Source of the DNA: Pocillopora damicornis
Taxonomy: Eukaryota
Length of the DNA stretch: 64,000 nt
Reading direction: 5' to 3'
NCBI RefSeq assembly: GCF_003704095.1
Contig: NW_020847627.1
Span: forward strand, 1 to 64,000
Shown here one piece after another: positions 11,095 through 24,413 of the stretch. Made by a program: the position numbers and the translations under genes. The notes under the pieces are model-generated. The model was not told the DNA's origin, did not search any database, and saw only the letters and a program-made list of their open reading frames with translations. The first letter of the stretch is position 1; the number at the start of each line of letters is the position of its first letter.

Positions 11095-13022
11095 TTCTAG
11101 AGCGTACTTTTCCCTCAAGCAAGAGAGCTTCTTCAAGCACTACTTTTACATTTGAGACTTATGAAAACTTATGACTTCATATTTGAAACTTATTATGACA
11201 GAAAGGGCCTTTCTGTCATAATCTCCTTCTACGTGTTCTGCTTTTAGTTTCTTAAGTCAAACTATTAGCTCTGGAGTGAGTGAAAAACAAAAAAATTGGT
11301 TTTCAACAGAGACTGTTTGGATATACACGAATCGGCTGTGGCAGAGAGTTTTAGTTTTTGGAGAAGACAAAGGTGGACGAGTCATTTGCTGAAAAAAATT
11401 GAACGTGTTAGTGTTATAACTATATGAAAGTTTGATAGTTTATCTCACGATATAGAGCCAGGATATCGATTGCATTGATCGCCACACCTGGTGCAACCTA
11501 AAGATCCCTTTTTTACACACCCTTGAAAATGTGGCAAACTATATATCGGCGAAACGGCGACAGCGATGACCGAAAGAATGAACGGGCATAAAAGAGACAT
11601 ACAGCTTGCTTAAACATACTGAGGGGTTTCAAAACACGCTAATGAAACAGGACATGTTCCTATTTGGAACCAAGTTAAGTTTATTGGCATGATGCGCTCC
11701 ACTGGTATACCCGTAGGGTTAAATAAGCCATCCACATAAGATATCATCCTAAGTAACGTCTTTAGAGACAACGGCATCGAAATTCCGAGCCTGCGAGCAG
11801 ACCCTTATAATTAGCGCTGCAAGACGCGCATTTTTCCGTTCTCGGGAAGATTTGAGAGGTCTAGGGGAGAGGTTAGCCGGGGGTCTGGTGCTAATAATAT
11901 CAGTGCTAGACCCATTGCAGAATTGTTGCTAACTCGCAAAGCTCGAGGCCTCATCCTGCGGGCGAAGAAACCCTCGCGCCCAAGCGCTTATGTTAGGGAC
12001 CTTTAACAAAACCACGACGGCGGCGGCAACGAGGACGTAGCAAAACGAAAGATCTAGTAAGCAGAATAATAGTTCATCACGTGCGTTTAAAAACTGTGTA
12101 CATTTCCTTGCCGTCCTGTGCAAAACGACAACGTGAAATCACCAAAATTTGCGTGGTCTGAGCAAGGAAACGGATCGATAAGGGAACATAATTCACGAGT
12201 CGGGATAATAACAAGGATCAACAAGGAGGATTCAAATGCAATGAATGCGCGTCAAACACATAAATAACAGCAAACCAAGGGGCTTTGTACAATAAAACGT
12301 ACGCATTTGTCTTGGTCGCCTGAGAAGCCTGGCAGTATAGCTGTCGGATCATCGCGATCAATATAGTACTACTTTTACATTAGGAGAGCGAGATTGAACT
12401 TTGAACCAAACACGCGTGTTTTTCTGTCATCTCGAATTATCACTATAAAGTTGTGGTAAATAAACCAGCTAAAAGGTTCAACGTTTAATTTACTGTTTAT
12501 CGTATTGAAGTCGCCCGTGAAACCGTCCGTAACTTCAACTGAATCGATAATGTAGACTGGCCACCGTAAAGAGTTCTATAGCTGACTTTTCGAACGTTAG
12601 TCCTTCATCAGAGCGAATGACAAAGGGCTAACCCTCGAAGCATTACAAATATTGATCTAAAGGGTGGGAAAACTGCCGAACAGGCCTCGTAAACCCAGCT
12701 AACAACTTCTTTACTCTCTCAGCAGGAAAAATCACAATATCATATTATATAGTGCTTATGTAGCAATCAAGGTTGCCCAAGTTATTTTTGTGTGACTCAT
12801 GTTTTTATTTCAGTATTTTCTCGAAAACATTACCAAAGTTGCTCCGCTGAATTAAGCGGAATAGGAAATATACTCTCCTCTGGTACGGAATATATTTTCC
12901 CCACAAAAATTCCTGTATAACTCGATAGTCTTTCTACGAGACCCTGTGGAATATGATTGTATTTTATGGCTTTTACGGTAGTGATTTGGATGCGGCTTGT
13001 TAAAAACAACATCGACCGCCAT
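11095..13022 (-). pseudogene. TMEM199: TMEM199 pseudogene (duplicated exon 1 and decayed exon 3)
   Basis: ATG GCG GTC GAT GTT GTT TTT AAC at 13022 carries a +1 T relative to the copy at 6405, causing a frameshift; a stop follows QLW. 11095-11280 is a broken copy of 5490-5650. Confidence 0.85.
12581..12614 (-). ncRNA. Minimal hammerhead-ribozyme motif in a dispersed repeat (relatives at about 2100-2240 and 7750-7860)
   Basis: The minus strand reads GCT-CTGATGA-A-GGAC-TAAC-GTTC-GAAA-A-GTC-AGC, with paired stems I and II. Confidence 0.45.
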
Positions 13023-13171
13023 CTCTGTTTCGTTTAAGAACTGCTGACCTACACCACAGTCGGCTCTCCTAAACCGGAACTATCAAAATTTCTCGAACTC
13101 GCCAACTTCCGTGAATTTGAGACGAGCTTTCTGTGATATTTTGGTTTGTTTAAGCCCTCAAAAGCCGCTTA

Positions 13172-14614
13172 ATGGAGTCGATTACCACGACTTGTCTTAT
13201 CGATCTTGCCTTTGACTTATCAGACGATTGGAAAAAGCTTGCACATGTTCTTGGTCTTTCTGGAGAAGTATCAAGAATATGTGATGACTACAGACGGAAT
13301 GTCTTCGAACAAGCTTACCGAATGCTGCAAACTTGGAAAGGGAAAAAGGGATCTCAGGCTACTTATCAAGTCTTGCGTGAGGCCCTTGCACACGAAGCCG
13401 TATTGCGTAATGATTTGGTTCAAGAATACTTTGAGGGAAGAGACAGGAGCTGTTTGGACGAAGGTAGGAGATTGAAATCTTTTCGAAGCTTATTGTACAG
13501 CACCTCAAACAACAAGAGCGGCGACATTTACAGAGAACTTAGATTTCTTAGGAGGGATTTCATTTACTCAAGTAGCTGGTTCACTGATTCTTGATTCTGG
13601 CATCTGGAAGAATATATAGTACATGTTACCTCCTTGTGGATTGACTTAGACAGTTTTTACACTGATTCATTCAAGTGTGACTGTTAACAGCTTTAGATCT
13701 TTCGGTAAACAATGGGATGAAGTTGAGACATAAGTATTCGGATGTTTCACTAGCAAACAACCGAAACAAAACCAAAGCACGTCACAGATGTGCGCTGAAA
13801 ATTATCAGAGTTGTTAGCAGTCAAAATGGTACATACTTTTAAGTGAGTGATATCAAAGTAAAATGCAATATTTAATCGTTTCGAGGGGGAGGTGGACAGA
13901 AATCCTTGAGGGCCGGGGTAGGGGAGGATTTGGTCGTATTTCTGAGCTATTGCTAAGATTTTGATGATATAACGCGATGCAAAACCATAGTAAACCAAAA
14001 AAGGGACTAAACCACGAATGCAACACGAATGAAAGGGTAGCGAAAAAAAAAGAGTTAATAAACGTGCGTCTCAAAACTTTGCACATTTCCGGGCCGTTCC
14101 TTACAAAATAACAACGTAAAATCACTTAATTTTCCAGGCTGGTCGTTTGCAATCCGTTGAATCTCCTCCACCTTCAACTACCCTTGCGCCTTCTCTATTT
14201 ATCATGGCCTTTCTTTCTAAGGAACTAACATTTTGTTTGGGCTCACTCGGATTTAAGGTAGTTTTGTAACAATAGCCACTCACCCGGCTGTCTCGTTTGT
14301 TGTCTCAATACTTTACAGAGATCGACCTTGAAGGACTCAAGCCCGGGGTAGTTTCCAGCAGTGACTTACTCTCCATCGCCAAAGACTTAGGATTAAAGTG
14401 GGTCTGGATTGGTCGACTTCTCGGGTTGGAAGACTCCTTGTTAGATGGCATCAGAGAAGATCACATACAAGTCTCTGATTGTCAATACAAAATGCTCGAG
14501 TTATGGAGGAGGGAAAAGACTACTGGGGCAACCTACCAGTGCCTTGCAAGGGCGTTGCTGCACAGAACAGTTTGCATGCGAGATGTTGCTGAGAAATTCT
14601 GTGTGGAGAATTAA
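13172..14614 (+). CDS. Two-death-domain paralog (DD1-DD2, 195 aa) or recent pseudogene; exons 13172-13463, 14319-14614
   Basis: Paralogous to exons 1-2 of 6558-10551 with the same splice phase. TAA at 14612-14614 lies a few codons before the retained G|GTATGT donor. Confidence 0.7.
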
Positions 14615-15105
14615 GAAAAACAGATGGGTATGTTTCAGTCGTTGAATAATGAGATGAACTTAACTCTCGTATAAATTATTAAAAAACAAGAAAAAAAATT
14701 ATAGAACTGCATGTTTCATATCTATAGGGAGAGAAGAAAAAGAAGAACCTTTGCTGTGATAATCGAACCTAAAATTTGTACTATTCTTTCCTCGTAAGCC
14801 TCTTAAAAAAGTCGCTGGACTGAGTTATGTGAGAGATAGAGACTACATGTTTATATGTATATATGTAAATATGTTTTGACTCCCATTTCGCCGCGAGAAT
14901 TTGCCCATAAGTTCTGATTCTGAAAACAAGATACATGATAGATTTGTGGTGAAAGAATTGGAAGAGAAAAATAGTTTCTCATGAAACAACATCAGGCATG
15001 ATTCACAATTTTCTAAACAAAAAAGCCAGAAATTGAGACAAAAAACCTGAGACACTAATAGAGGATTAATCAATTAATCTTATTTTACGTTTGACGCATG
15101 ACCAG

Positions 15106-15727
15106 GTTCAACGCGAAGAAACTGATGGATGAATGGATCAAGTCACAAGATTGCCAATAGGCAGCCTGCAATATTTCGATCTACCGCTTTCTTTTGTGGC
15201 ATGGGGATACAGAAAATCCTAGAAAGAAAAGAACAATTCTCAAAAATATGTCCCAGGGATAGCGAGCAAGCCAGAAATATATTTAATCATTGATTTTCTT
15301 GACGATGAAAAAAATGTTTGAGCAGTAGATTTCACTAAAAAGAGTTTAGAAAACGAAGCGTTGTTAATAGATAATCGATATATCCACCTGTGTTCCTTTT
15401 TTTCGAAAGACTAATGTATGTCACAATCATGAATACTAATTTATAATTGTATTCGAGTAAAGGAATTTTTGTTACTCTGTACGCCGTGAATTTGAAGAAT
15501 AGAAGCTTGTACGTTGCTTGAGTTTGGTCAGCTTGTTATTACGGTGTTCTAATAACTGATCAAGCAGCCTACGCGAATGTACTTATAAAATGCTCGAGTT
15601 GTCGTGCAAGAAAGGGGAATGCTAACGCAACATACAAGAGCCTTGCACAGACGTTATTAAACAGAGCAATTTGCATGCGAGAAGTTGCTGAGAAATTCTG
15701 CGTGGACCACTGAGGAAAAGAGATCGG
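15106..15727 (+). pseudogene. Death-domain exon remnants: internally deleted DD3 exon (15106-15180) and 3' part of a DD2 exon (15568-15727)
   Basis: The atgaccag|GT acceptor jumps to DEWIKSQDCQ*AACNI. The DD2 piece reads ECTYKMLEL...MREVAEKFCVDH* with a frameshift and a stop. Confidence 0.8.
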
Positions 15728-16393
15728 TATATTCCAGTTGTTGAATGAAATAATGACCCTCAGTCTCAGAGAATATCAGAAAACACTCAAGACAAAGGAT
15801 TGCAAGAGCCGGTTCAGTTGCGCATATCTACAAGGCGCTAAGGAAAAGTAGAGCGTTTGCCTTTATAACCAGCGTTAACATCTGTGATGTTTTTTCTTGA
15901 AATTTTACGCCAGCCACGTTGAGAAAACGCTAGTTGGAGAAAAAAAATCTGATCCTTGATCAGTTAAGTTAGTGATTGCAAACGCATTTAACGAAGTGGT
16001 GATATAGATCGTTTTTGCGATGAATCATTGGCCAGAGACTATTAACCGGCCAACGTTGTCTTGCAAGAGATTATAATCTCTTGTGTTTTGATATTGCAAA
16101 TCAATTGAGTGACTGCAGCCTTTCGAATAAAGTTACGATAAAGATTAATTTTGTATGGCTATTAGCCAGAGTTTATGAACTGAACAATATTGTTCAGAAA
16201 ACCCAAATACTTGGCAAACAGGCGTCTTTTGGCTTCTAAATCCGGTTTGCAAGACGTTGATACTAGCAGGTTTTGACTCACATTTCGCCGCTAGAATTTA
16301 CATATAAATTTAAATTCTGAAAACAAGATACATAATAAGTTTGTGGTGACTCCCAAATGTATTCCAGTCGTATTTAGGCGTTGCACATATATG

Positions 16394-16959
16394 TACCGTA
16401 CTGATTCGATTTAGCGCCTGGGACGTTTATTTCACTACTTTCACCTCAAGGGAGTGTGCTTATTCGAAACAAGGCGTTTATGAGGAGCCGGGCGTTAATT
16501 TTTTTTTTTATTAGAAACAGCAGAATGTGAAACAAACTTTTGATGTTTATTTGAAAGGATAAAAAAGACTGGGAAACAGACTTTTTTTCCCTGGATACTT
16601 CCTTCCTAGAATGACTATCCAAGCGATCGTCACAAAATTTTAAGACAGGATCTTCCGTTTGAAGGAACTGCGCTTTCACAGCAACATAAAAATCGAGAGA
16701 GACAAAGATCTCCTCTTTTTTCGTGAGGCTTTAAGTGAGCAATTAAAGGAAGATGGACCACGGTTAATCTCAATGTTCACGTACTCTAACAGTCCTATTA
16801 CTGAAACAGAATAGGGACGTTTATTGGAAAAGAGGTCCGTATTGGAATGAGGTGCTCATTCATTAGGGGCGCTTATTAACAAAAACCAAATTCGAGGGGG
16901 GAGTTTATTGGAGAGGGGCGCTTTATGAAAGGAGGGCGCTAAATTGAAGAGTTACGTTA
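16394..16959. mobile_element. Non-autonomous DNA transposon (MITE) with TACCGTA...TACG(T)TA ends and subterminal AATAAGCGCC-like repeats
   Basis: Inverted ends TACCGTA..GATTTAGCGCC and GGCGCTAAATT..TACGTTA; mirror copy at about 21100-21695; related fragment at about 5260-5470. Confidence 0.55.
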
Positions 16960-17327
16960 TGTTTGTTTGTTTCGTCGTCACCGTTGTTGATTTAATTGTT
17001 GCACGTTTATTTTTTGTTTGTTTTTTCAATTGACTAACAATATATGCTTAGACTAATTTCCAGCGCGAACCTTACGTCATGTACAAGAACGGTTCATTCG
17101 TTCGATTGATACTGGCATGCATGACCATCACTCCGAAGTAATGAGGATCGAATGCAATCATTGGTACAAGTAAGGTAACATTATGAAAAGTTCTTTACAA
17201 AGCAATTTAACGATTATAGAAAAATAACTACAGCCCTTGTCTCTTGCACAAAGCTTACAGCTAAAAGTAAGGCAGAACGGTTCGAAGAAGCATTAACTTT
17301 CTTGTTGGTGGCTGTGGAGCTTCTTTT

Positions 17328-17534
17328 TCACATTAAAGCCACCGTTTCTTCTCCGTTTTCAGGATCAACCCCGTTTCTGTTTCCATCTGCTCCTTTCATA
17401 GGCTCACTCTGATCGGAATACAAACTCTCCATGGTTGGTTGATTGAGAGTTTCCGGTAAAGTCATACATCCAATAGCAGCTGCGATCGCCAGACCAGCCA
17501 TTATCCCATAGGGAAGGAAACGATGAACGATCAA
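17328..17534 (-). CDS. Terminal exon of an SLC22-family transporter (second copy; upstream exons cut off by the gap)
   Basis: RFLPYGIMAGLAIAAAIGCMTLPETLNQPTME is TM12 plus the LPET motif; AG acceptor at 17535-17536. Confidence 0.7.
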   Translation of the reverse strand: MIVHRFLPYGIMAGLAIAAAIGCMTLPETLNQPTMESLYSDQSEPMKGADGNRNGVDPENGEETVALM

Positions 17535-18727
17535 CTATTGAAGATAGATCAGGGTTTATATTTAATTAAGGTTGTTACAGTCGAACCTTTCCAGGGAAAG
17601 GAGCTTTTAGTAATAAGTGACCGTCCAGGGGAAGGTGAGGATAATTACAAATATTTTATTTAAGTGGTTTGTAACATTTAGGTGGTTAGAACAATTCTTG
17701 ACAAAACATGTGCTTAAATTTACTTAGATTTAATGCTGTAAATTACGGCAAACATTCTGTCGTTAATACGTGCCCGCACTTTAAACGAGGAGGTCAAGAA
17801 ATCACATGGTCCTCAGTCTTTCGAGTTTCCTATCAGAAAATTTATTTCAGGTGTATAAATGATAACTGTGACTCTTGTGAAATATCCCGCCCATGAGTGC
17901 TGCGTAACTGTTGCGTCGTGAGATCTGAGAATAGTGCATTTTGGTGTCTGCTCTCATTTTCAATTTGGCTGTGCATGTCTGTATGTCTTTCTGTATGCCT
18001 TTCTCTCTCAATGTCTGTCTTAGCTCGTTATCTATTCATTCATTTATTCATTTCTTTGTTGTTGTTGATATTGTTGTCGTTGAATACCGTCTTAGACCTG
18101 AAGGAAACAACAAGTTTGTCTGTACACGCGTCATTTGCCACTCTGTCAGTCCGTTGGTCCGTCTGTCTGAACGATCGTAGTTTGTCAATCTGTCTGTTTA
18201 CAATTTCTTGCCACTACGTCTGAGCGTCTGTCTCCTTGTGTGTTTATTTCATTTGCAAAATTTGCTTGTTCCAAGCTTGGGGTGATCANNNNNNNNNNNN
18301 NNNNNNNNNNNNNNNNNNNNNNNNNNNNNNNNNNNNNNNNNNNNNNNNNNNNNNNNNNNNNNNNNNNNNNNNNNNNNNNNNNNNNNNNTGCCAGCATACC
18401 CAATAAGTGCTGCTTTGACGATGAAGTAAGTATTGCCATTGGATCCAAGAGACTTTATAGATCTGTTTCGTCTTATCTGTCTCTTTCATGTTTTTAAAAG
18501 TTTTTGATTTTCAAGATATCAATAATTGTTACAAAATGGTTAGTTTACATGCAAAATATGTTAATAAGTCAAGAAAAATTTAAGTCTGCTGCCAGTTTTA
18601 GAAAAGGATGATTCAATCAAAATTGCGGTTAAGTGAAGCAGCTTATAGATATCAAATTAAGTTTAACCATCGACATCCTTGTTGAGTTGTCGATTATGTT
18701 ACTAATTTCCTGCTGTTATTTCAACAG

Positions 18728-20730
18728 GTTCGGTCGCAGAAAGACTATAGGAGTAACGTTTCTATTAGCTGCTGTCGGAGCAATCGGGACACTTCTACTG
18801 TCAGACAAAGCTGAAAACGATAAAGGTGAAGCACTCACAAATTGATTTACGTATAGGACCTATTTTGTAAATAATTAGCAATTAGAAATGTCTCTAAACC
18901 CTCCAAACTAACTAGCCATTTAGCTGACCAGTCGAATGTTCATGACACTGCACTGAGATGCGCACATCGTTTCGGATGGAAAATTCGTAAGTAGTTAGAC
19001 TATTGGCTGAATTGTACGGCCATGAACTCTAACCATAGAAAACATTTTTTTTTGACTCTTGAAAAAACCTCGAATGGGCTTCCTAAGCTTTTATCTGAGC
19101 GTAAACTTATAAAGAGTTATGTTTGTTATTGCTAATCATTTAAAATTTTTTCCTTACCCAGGTTACATGGCTGGGAAAATCTTCATGTCCATGTTCGTTG
19201 CAAGGTTTAGCAATGAAATAGCCTTTTCATTGATTTACATTTACTCTGTTGAGTTGTTTCCAACAACCGTAAGGTAGACTAGACTGAAATATTTATACTG
19301 TAAAAGATGGGATCTCTCGATATATTTTTAAGGGCGTCCGTCATTTTAATGCGATTTTAAAAGTAATCGTCCGTCTCAACTATAAGCATACTCGGTTTGT
19401 TTCAGCTGCCCATGCTAGTGCGCTTTCATCTGAAAAAAAAAACAGACTTTCTAATGCCTTGTCTTTCTAGTGCCCAGTCCTCCACATTACAGCCGACAAA
19501 AAAACGCTGATATGACGCTTTTTACGTTACGTCACCATTTTCGTAAGCCTCCGTTCGCACCTTTCCACATCAGAGACGGAAAGTTTCGAAAACGACACAT
19601 TTTCAAAAGGCTTTAATTTTGGAATCATTTTGTAGGTCAGTTTTTACCTTAAAAGTATTTCCAAGCGAAGTTGTGTGAATGAGGCAAAAATCTGTCTGGA
19701 TTATGTGGCTGCGTTCTGGATGAACGCTTAAAATAATATTTTTGAGCTATCATAAGAACTGAATTCATCCAGACGATCCTTTAGATAAGGAGTTGCGAAC
19801 GCGTGAAGTCAAGGAGCATAGGCCTGCTATTGGTAATAGTGAAAAGTTATTAACTTTAGCCTTGGACCTACTGTAAGTCTTTTCAATTGATCAAGAATGA
19901 ATGACTCTTTTCATAAAATCAGATTAACACGTTCAGTTATACAGTTTACCAGCATAATGAGATTTGTTTTGTTCTTCTTTTAGGAATGTTGGAATGGGTA
20001 CATCTACAGCTTCCGCCCGCGTAAGCGCTTTTGCCTCAGCTTATGCTCCGCTCTTGGTAAATAATCAATTTATATTTCCTACATCCTATTACTATCATAA
20101 GTTTGGGTGGTTTGCTTCAGGTTTTTCGTTAAAGAAAACAAATAATCTCCCCAAACTTGGGACAAGCAAATTTTGCAAATGAAATAAACACACAAGGAGA
20201 CAGACGCTCATACAAAGGGGCAAGAAATTGTAAACAGACAGATTGACAAACTACGATCGTTCAGACAGATGGACCAACAGACTAACAGAATGGCAAATGA
20301 CGCGTGTGCTGACAAACTTGTTGTTTCCTTCAGGTCTAAGACGGTATTAAACAACAACAAAAAAGAAATGAAATAAAATATTTGTAATTATCCCCACCTT
20401 CCCCTGGGCAGTCACCCATCACTGAAAGCTCCTTTCCCTCTGTCCCTTAGGTGTCCACTGTGGAGAGATTCGACTGTAACAGCCTTAATTTAATATATAC
20501 CCTGATCTATCTTCTTTCAACAGTTGATCGTTGATCGTTTTCTTCCCTATGGGATAATGGCTGGTCTGGCAATAGCAGCTGCTATTGGATGTATGACTTT
20601 ACCGGAAACTCTCAATCAACCAACCATGGAGAGTTTGTATTCCGTTCAGAGTGAGCCTAAGAAGGGAGCAGATGAAAACAGAAACGAGGTTGTTCCTGAA
20701 AACGGAGGTGAAACGGTGGCTTCATTGTGA
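18728..20730 (+). CDS. SLC22/organic cation transporter-like MFS protein, 3' exons 18728-18825, 19162-19273, 19984-20056, 20524-20730
   Basis: RFGRRKT, IYIYSVELFPTTVR-NVGMGTSTASARVSAF and LPET are diagnostic SLC22 motifs; splice phases are compatible. Confidence 0.9.
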
Positions 20731-22340
20731 AAAAGCAGCTCCACAGGCACCAACAAGAAAGTTAATGCTTCTTCGAACCGTTGTGCCTTACTTCTAGCTG
20801 TAAGCTGTGTGCAAGAGACAAGGGCTGTAGTTATTTTTCTATAATCGTTAAATTGCTACGTAAAGAACTTTTCATAATGTTACCTTACTTTTACCAATTA
20901 TTGCATTCGATCCTCATTACTTCGGAGACAGCGCAGTCATGCATGCCAGCATCAATCGAACGAATGGACCGTTCTTGTACATGACGTGAGGTTCGCGCTG
21001 GAGATTGGTCTCAACAAATATTGTTAGTCAATTGAAAAAAAAAAACAAAAAAACGTGCAACAATTAAAACAACAACGGTGACCACAAAACAAACAAATAT
21101 AACGTAACTCTTCAATTTAGCGCCCTCCTTCCATAAAGTGCCCCCTCGCTAATAAACGCCTCCCTCGAATTTGGTTTTTGTTAATAACCGCCCCTATTCG
21201 ACCTACTCTAATAAGCGCCCCCTAACGAGTGAGCACCTCATTCCAATACGCACCTCTTTTCCAATAAACGCCCCTATTCTGTTTCAGTAATAAGACTAGT
21301 AGGGTACATGAACATTGAGATTAATCGTGGTCCATCTTCCTTTAATTCACTCACTTAAAACCTCACGACAAAAAAAAGAGAACTTCGTCTGTCTCTCAAT
21401 TATTATGTCGCCGCGAGGGCATAGTTCCTTCCAATGGAAGATCCCGTCTTAAAATTTTGCGACGGTTGCTTGGATAGACATCTTAGCAAGGAAGTATCCC
21501 GGTACAGCAAGTCTGTCTCCCAGTCTTTTCTTTCCTTTTGGATAAACATCAAAAGTTTGTTTCACATTCTGCTGTTTTTCAAAGGAGAAATAAGCGCCCT
21601 GTCCCTCATAAACGCCCTGTTTCGAATAAGCCCCCTCCCCTGAGGTAACAGCAGTGAAATAAGCGTCCCGGGCGCTAAATCGGATCAGTACGGCACATAT
21701 ATGTGCAACGCCTAAATACGACTGGAATACATTTGGGAGTCACCACAAACTTATTATGTATCTTGTTTTCAGAATTAAATTTATATGCAAATTCTAGCGG
21801 CGAAATGTGAGTCAAAACCGGCTAGTATCAACGTCTTGCAAAATGGATTTAGAAAGCCAAAAAACGGCCTGTTTATCAAGCATTTGGGTTTTCTGAACAA
21901 CATTGTTTAGTTCCCAAACTCTGGCTAATAGCCACACAAAATTAATCTTTATCGTAACTTTATTCGAAAGGCGGCAGTCGCTCAATTGATTTGCAATATC
22001 AAGACACAAGAGAATATAATCTCTTACAAGATAATGTTGGCCGTTATATAGTCTCTAGCCGATGATTCATCGCAAAAACGATCTATATCACCACTTCGTT
22101 AAATGTGTTTGCAATCGCTAACGAACCGTTCGAAACTCAACTGATCAAGGATCAGTTTCTTTTTCTTCAAATAGATCACAGATGTTAACGCTGGTTATAA
22201 AGGCAAACGCTCTACTTTTCCTTAGCGCCTTGTGGATATGCGCAAATGCTCAACTGAACCTGCTCTAGCAATCCTTTTGTCTTGAGTGTTTTCTGATATT
22301 CTCAGAGACTGAGGGTCATTGTTTCATTCAACAACTGGAA

Positions 22341-23185
22341 CATATCGATCTCTTTCTCTCAGTGGTCCACGCAGAATTTCTCAGCAACTTCGCGCATGCA
22401 AACTGCTCTGTGTTATAACGTCTGTGCAAGGCTCTTGTAAGTTGCGTTGGCATTCCTCTTTCTTGCACAACAACTCGAGCATTTTATAAGTACATTCGCG
22501 TAGGCTAGGTTGTTGATTTAAGGAACGCTCTGTTATATAATGGTTTATTTGTTCCCTAAGCCCAGCACCATAAAAATGACCTTCATTAGGCTATGGCTCT
22601 GTTTTAGTGGCCACACTATACATTCGACACTCAGAACAATTCTTCTGTGGGGAGCCAATGTAAGGCCTGGGCAACCGGGAGCCGAAAATTGATAAGCTGT
22701 AACGATGCATTTTAAAAGTATTTCTTGGGTGCTTGATCAGTTATTAGAGCACTGTAATAGCAAGCTGACCAAACTCCAGCAACGTACAAGCTTCTATTCT
22801 TCAAATCCACGGCGAACAGAGTGAAAACAATTCCTCTGCTCGACTACAATTATAGATTAATATTCATGATTGTGACATAAATTAGTCTTTCGAAAAAAAG
22901 GGAAAAAGGTGGATATATCGATTATCTATTAACAACGCTTCATTTTCTTAACTCTTATTAGTCAAATCTACTGCTCAAACACTTTTTTCTTTGTTGAATA
23001 AATCAATGATTAAATATATTTCTGGCCTACTCGCTATCCATGGGATAAATTTTTGAGAATTGTTCTTTTCTTTCTAGGATTTTCTGTATCCCCATACCAC
23101 ACAAAAAAGCGGTAGATCGAAATATTGCAGGCTGCACACTAGCAATCTTGTGACTTGATCCATCAGTTTCTTTGCGTTGAACCTG
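22341..23185 (-). pseudogene. Mirror copies of the DD2 fragment (22341-22504) and the DD3 remnant (about 23117-23185)
   Basis: Reverse complement of the 15106-15727 region; reads IKSQDC*CAACNI and MREVAEKFCVDH*. Confidence 0.75.
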
Positions 23186-24073
23186 GTCATGCGTCAAACG
23201 TAAAATAAGATTAATTGATGGTAATTTTTAATCCTTTATTGGTGTCTCGGGTTTTTTGTCTCAATTTCTGGCTTCTTTTGTTTACTGTAGAAAAAACATG
23301 TGACAAAACAGTGAGTCATGTCTGATGTTGTTTCATGAGAAAATATTTTTCTCTTCCTATTCTTTCACCACAAATCTATCATGTATCTTGTTTTCAGAAT
23401 CAGAGCTTATAGCCAAGTTCTCGCGGCGAAATGTGATTCAAAACCTGCTAGTATCAATGTCTTGCAAAATGTTTGGGTTTCTCGTAGTGAAAAGTTCTAA
23501 AAACAAATTTTTCTTCTCTTTTTTTGGTGCATTCGACATTTCTTGAGTGCGAACCTAATACTAAGGTGTTCCAGCTTGGGCTAAAAAAAATTGCATTGTG
23601 AAGTATTCTTCGGTTACATACTTATTCACTTCTTTGGTGCCTCATCAGATTGTCGAACTGTACAAGATCCCAAAACCTGTAAGAATCCGGTTTTTAACTC
23701 GGGTCTCTACTGAGTGGTAACAATGCAAACAAGTTTCAAGCAGTAAACCTATCTTTGTAAACCTATCTGTTACAATGTTAAGTATACTAAAGAGGTGCAC
23801 TCGGGTCATGGTCACCATGAATCATTAAAATGAAATAACGAAACCGCTTACTTAAAGATATAAGTGAAAAGCTAAATTTTCTGAAATAATTTTCACAAAA
23901 ATTGGTGACGAGTAATTGAAATCTTCAGCCCAAACAACCTTTTGTTTATTTAATTAAAAGCTCTACTCCGAGTTGCTCGCTGGAATTTTTTTTCTTTTTA
24001 AACATTCCCAGCCCCAACCCCCTCCCTCCTAAAAGAAAAACTTGTTGGCGTGCGTATAGTAGCTCTGGCTGTT

Positions 24074-24413
24074 GCAGGTTACACATTTGCAGTTTCGTCA
24101 CTTGATCCATTCATCAAGCACTTTCCTTGCATCAGATCTTCCAATCGCCTTCAGCTTGTCACAAAGTTTGTCAATTGAGACTGAGTTTGCGCAGTCATTG
24201 AGTTGAGCTTCTGTTAGATCTTTCCCAACTGGAAATACAAGATTTTCTCCATGTCATATCCAATTTCACTGGCGAGATCTTTGTAATCTCCTCCTAATTG
24301 GCGCAAGGGATCTAATTTAATGATCAATTCTCTCCACACTTTGTAGGGCAGAACGGTGATAACGTTCTCAGTTATGCAATCAGTCGGCTCAGGAACTCTG
24401 GGTGGCGTAGTAC
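24074..24413 (-). pseudogene. DD3 (MyD88-like death domain) exon pseudogene
   Basis: Homologous to 10214-10551; 1-nt deletion after ILYFQ; ends DEWIK*RNCKCVTC. Confidence 0.85.

Larger units (their letters stand above)
14870..23460. repeat. Apparent inverted duplication 1: arms about 14870-18283 and 20145-23460
   Basis: Mirror blocks: SLC22 last exon 17328-17534 (-) vs 20524-20730 (+); MITE 16394-16959 vs about 21100-21695; DD2 fragment 15568-15727 vs 22341-22504. The left arm ends at the N gap. Confidence 0.85.
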
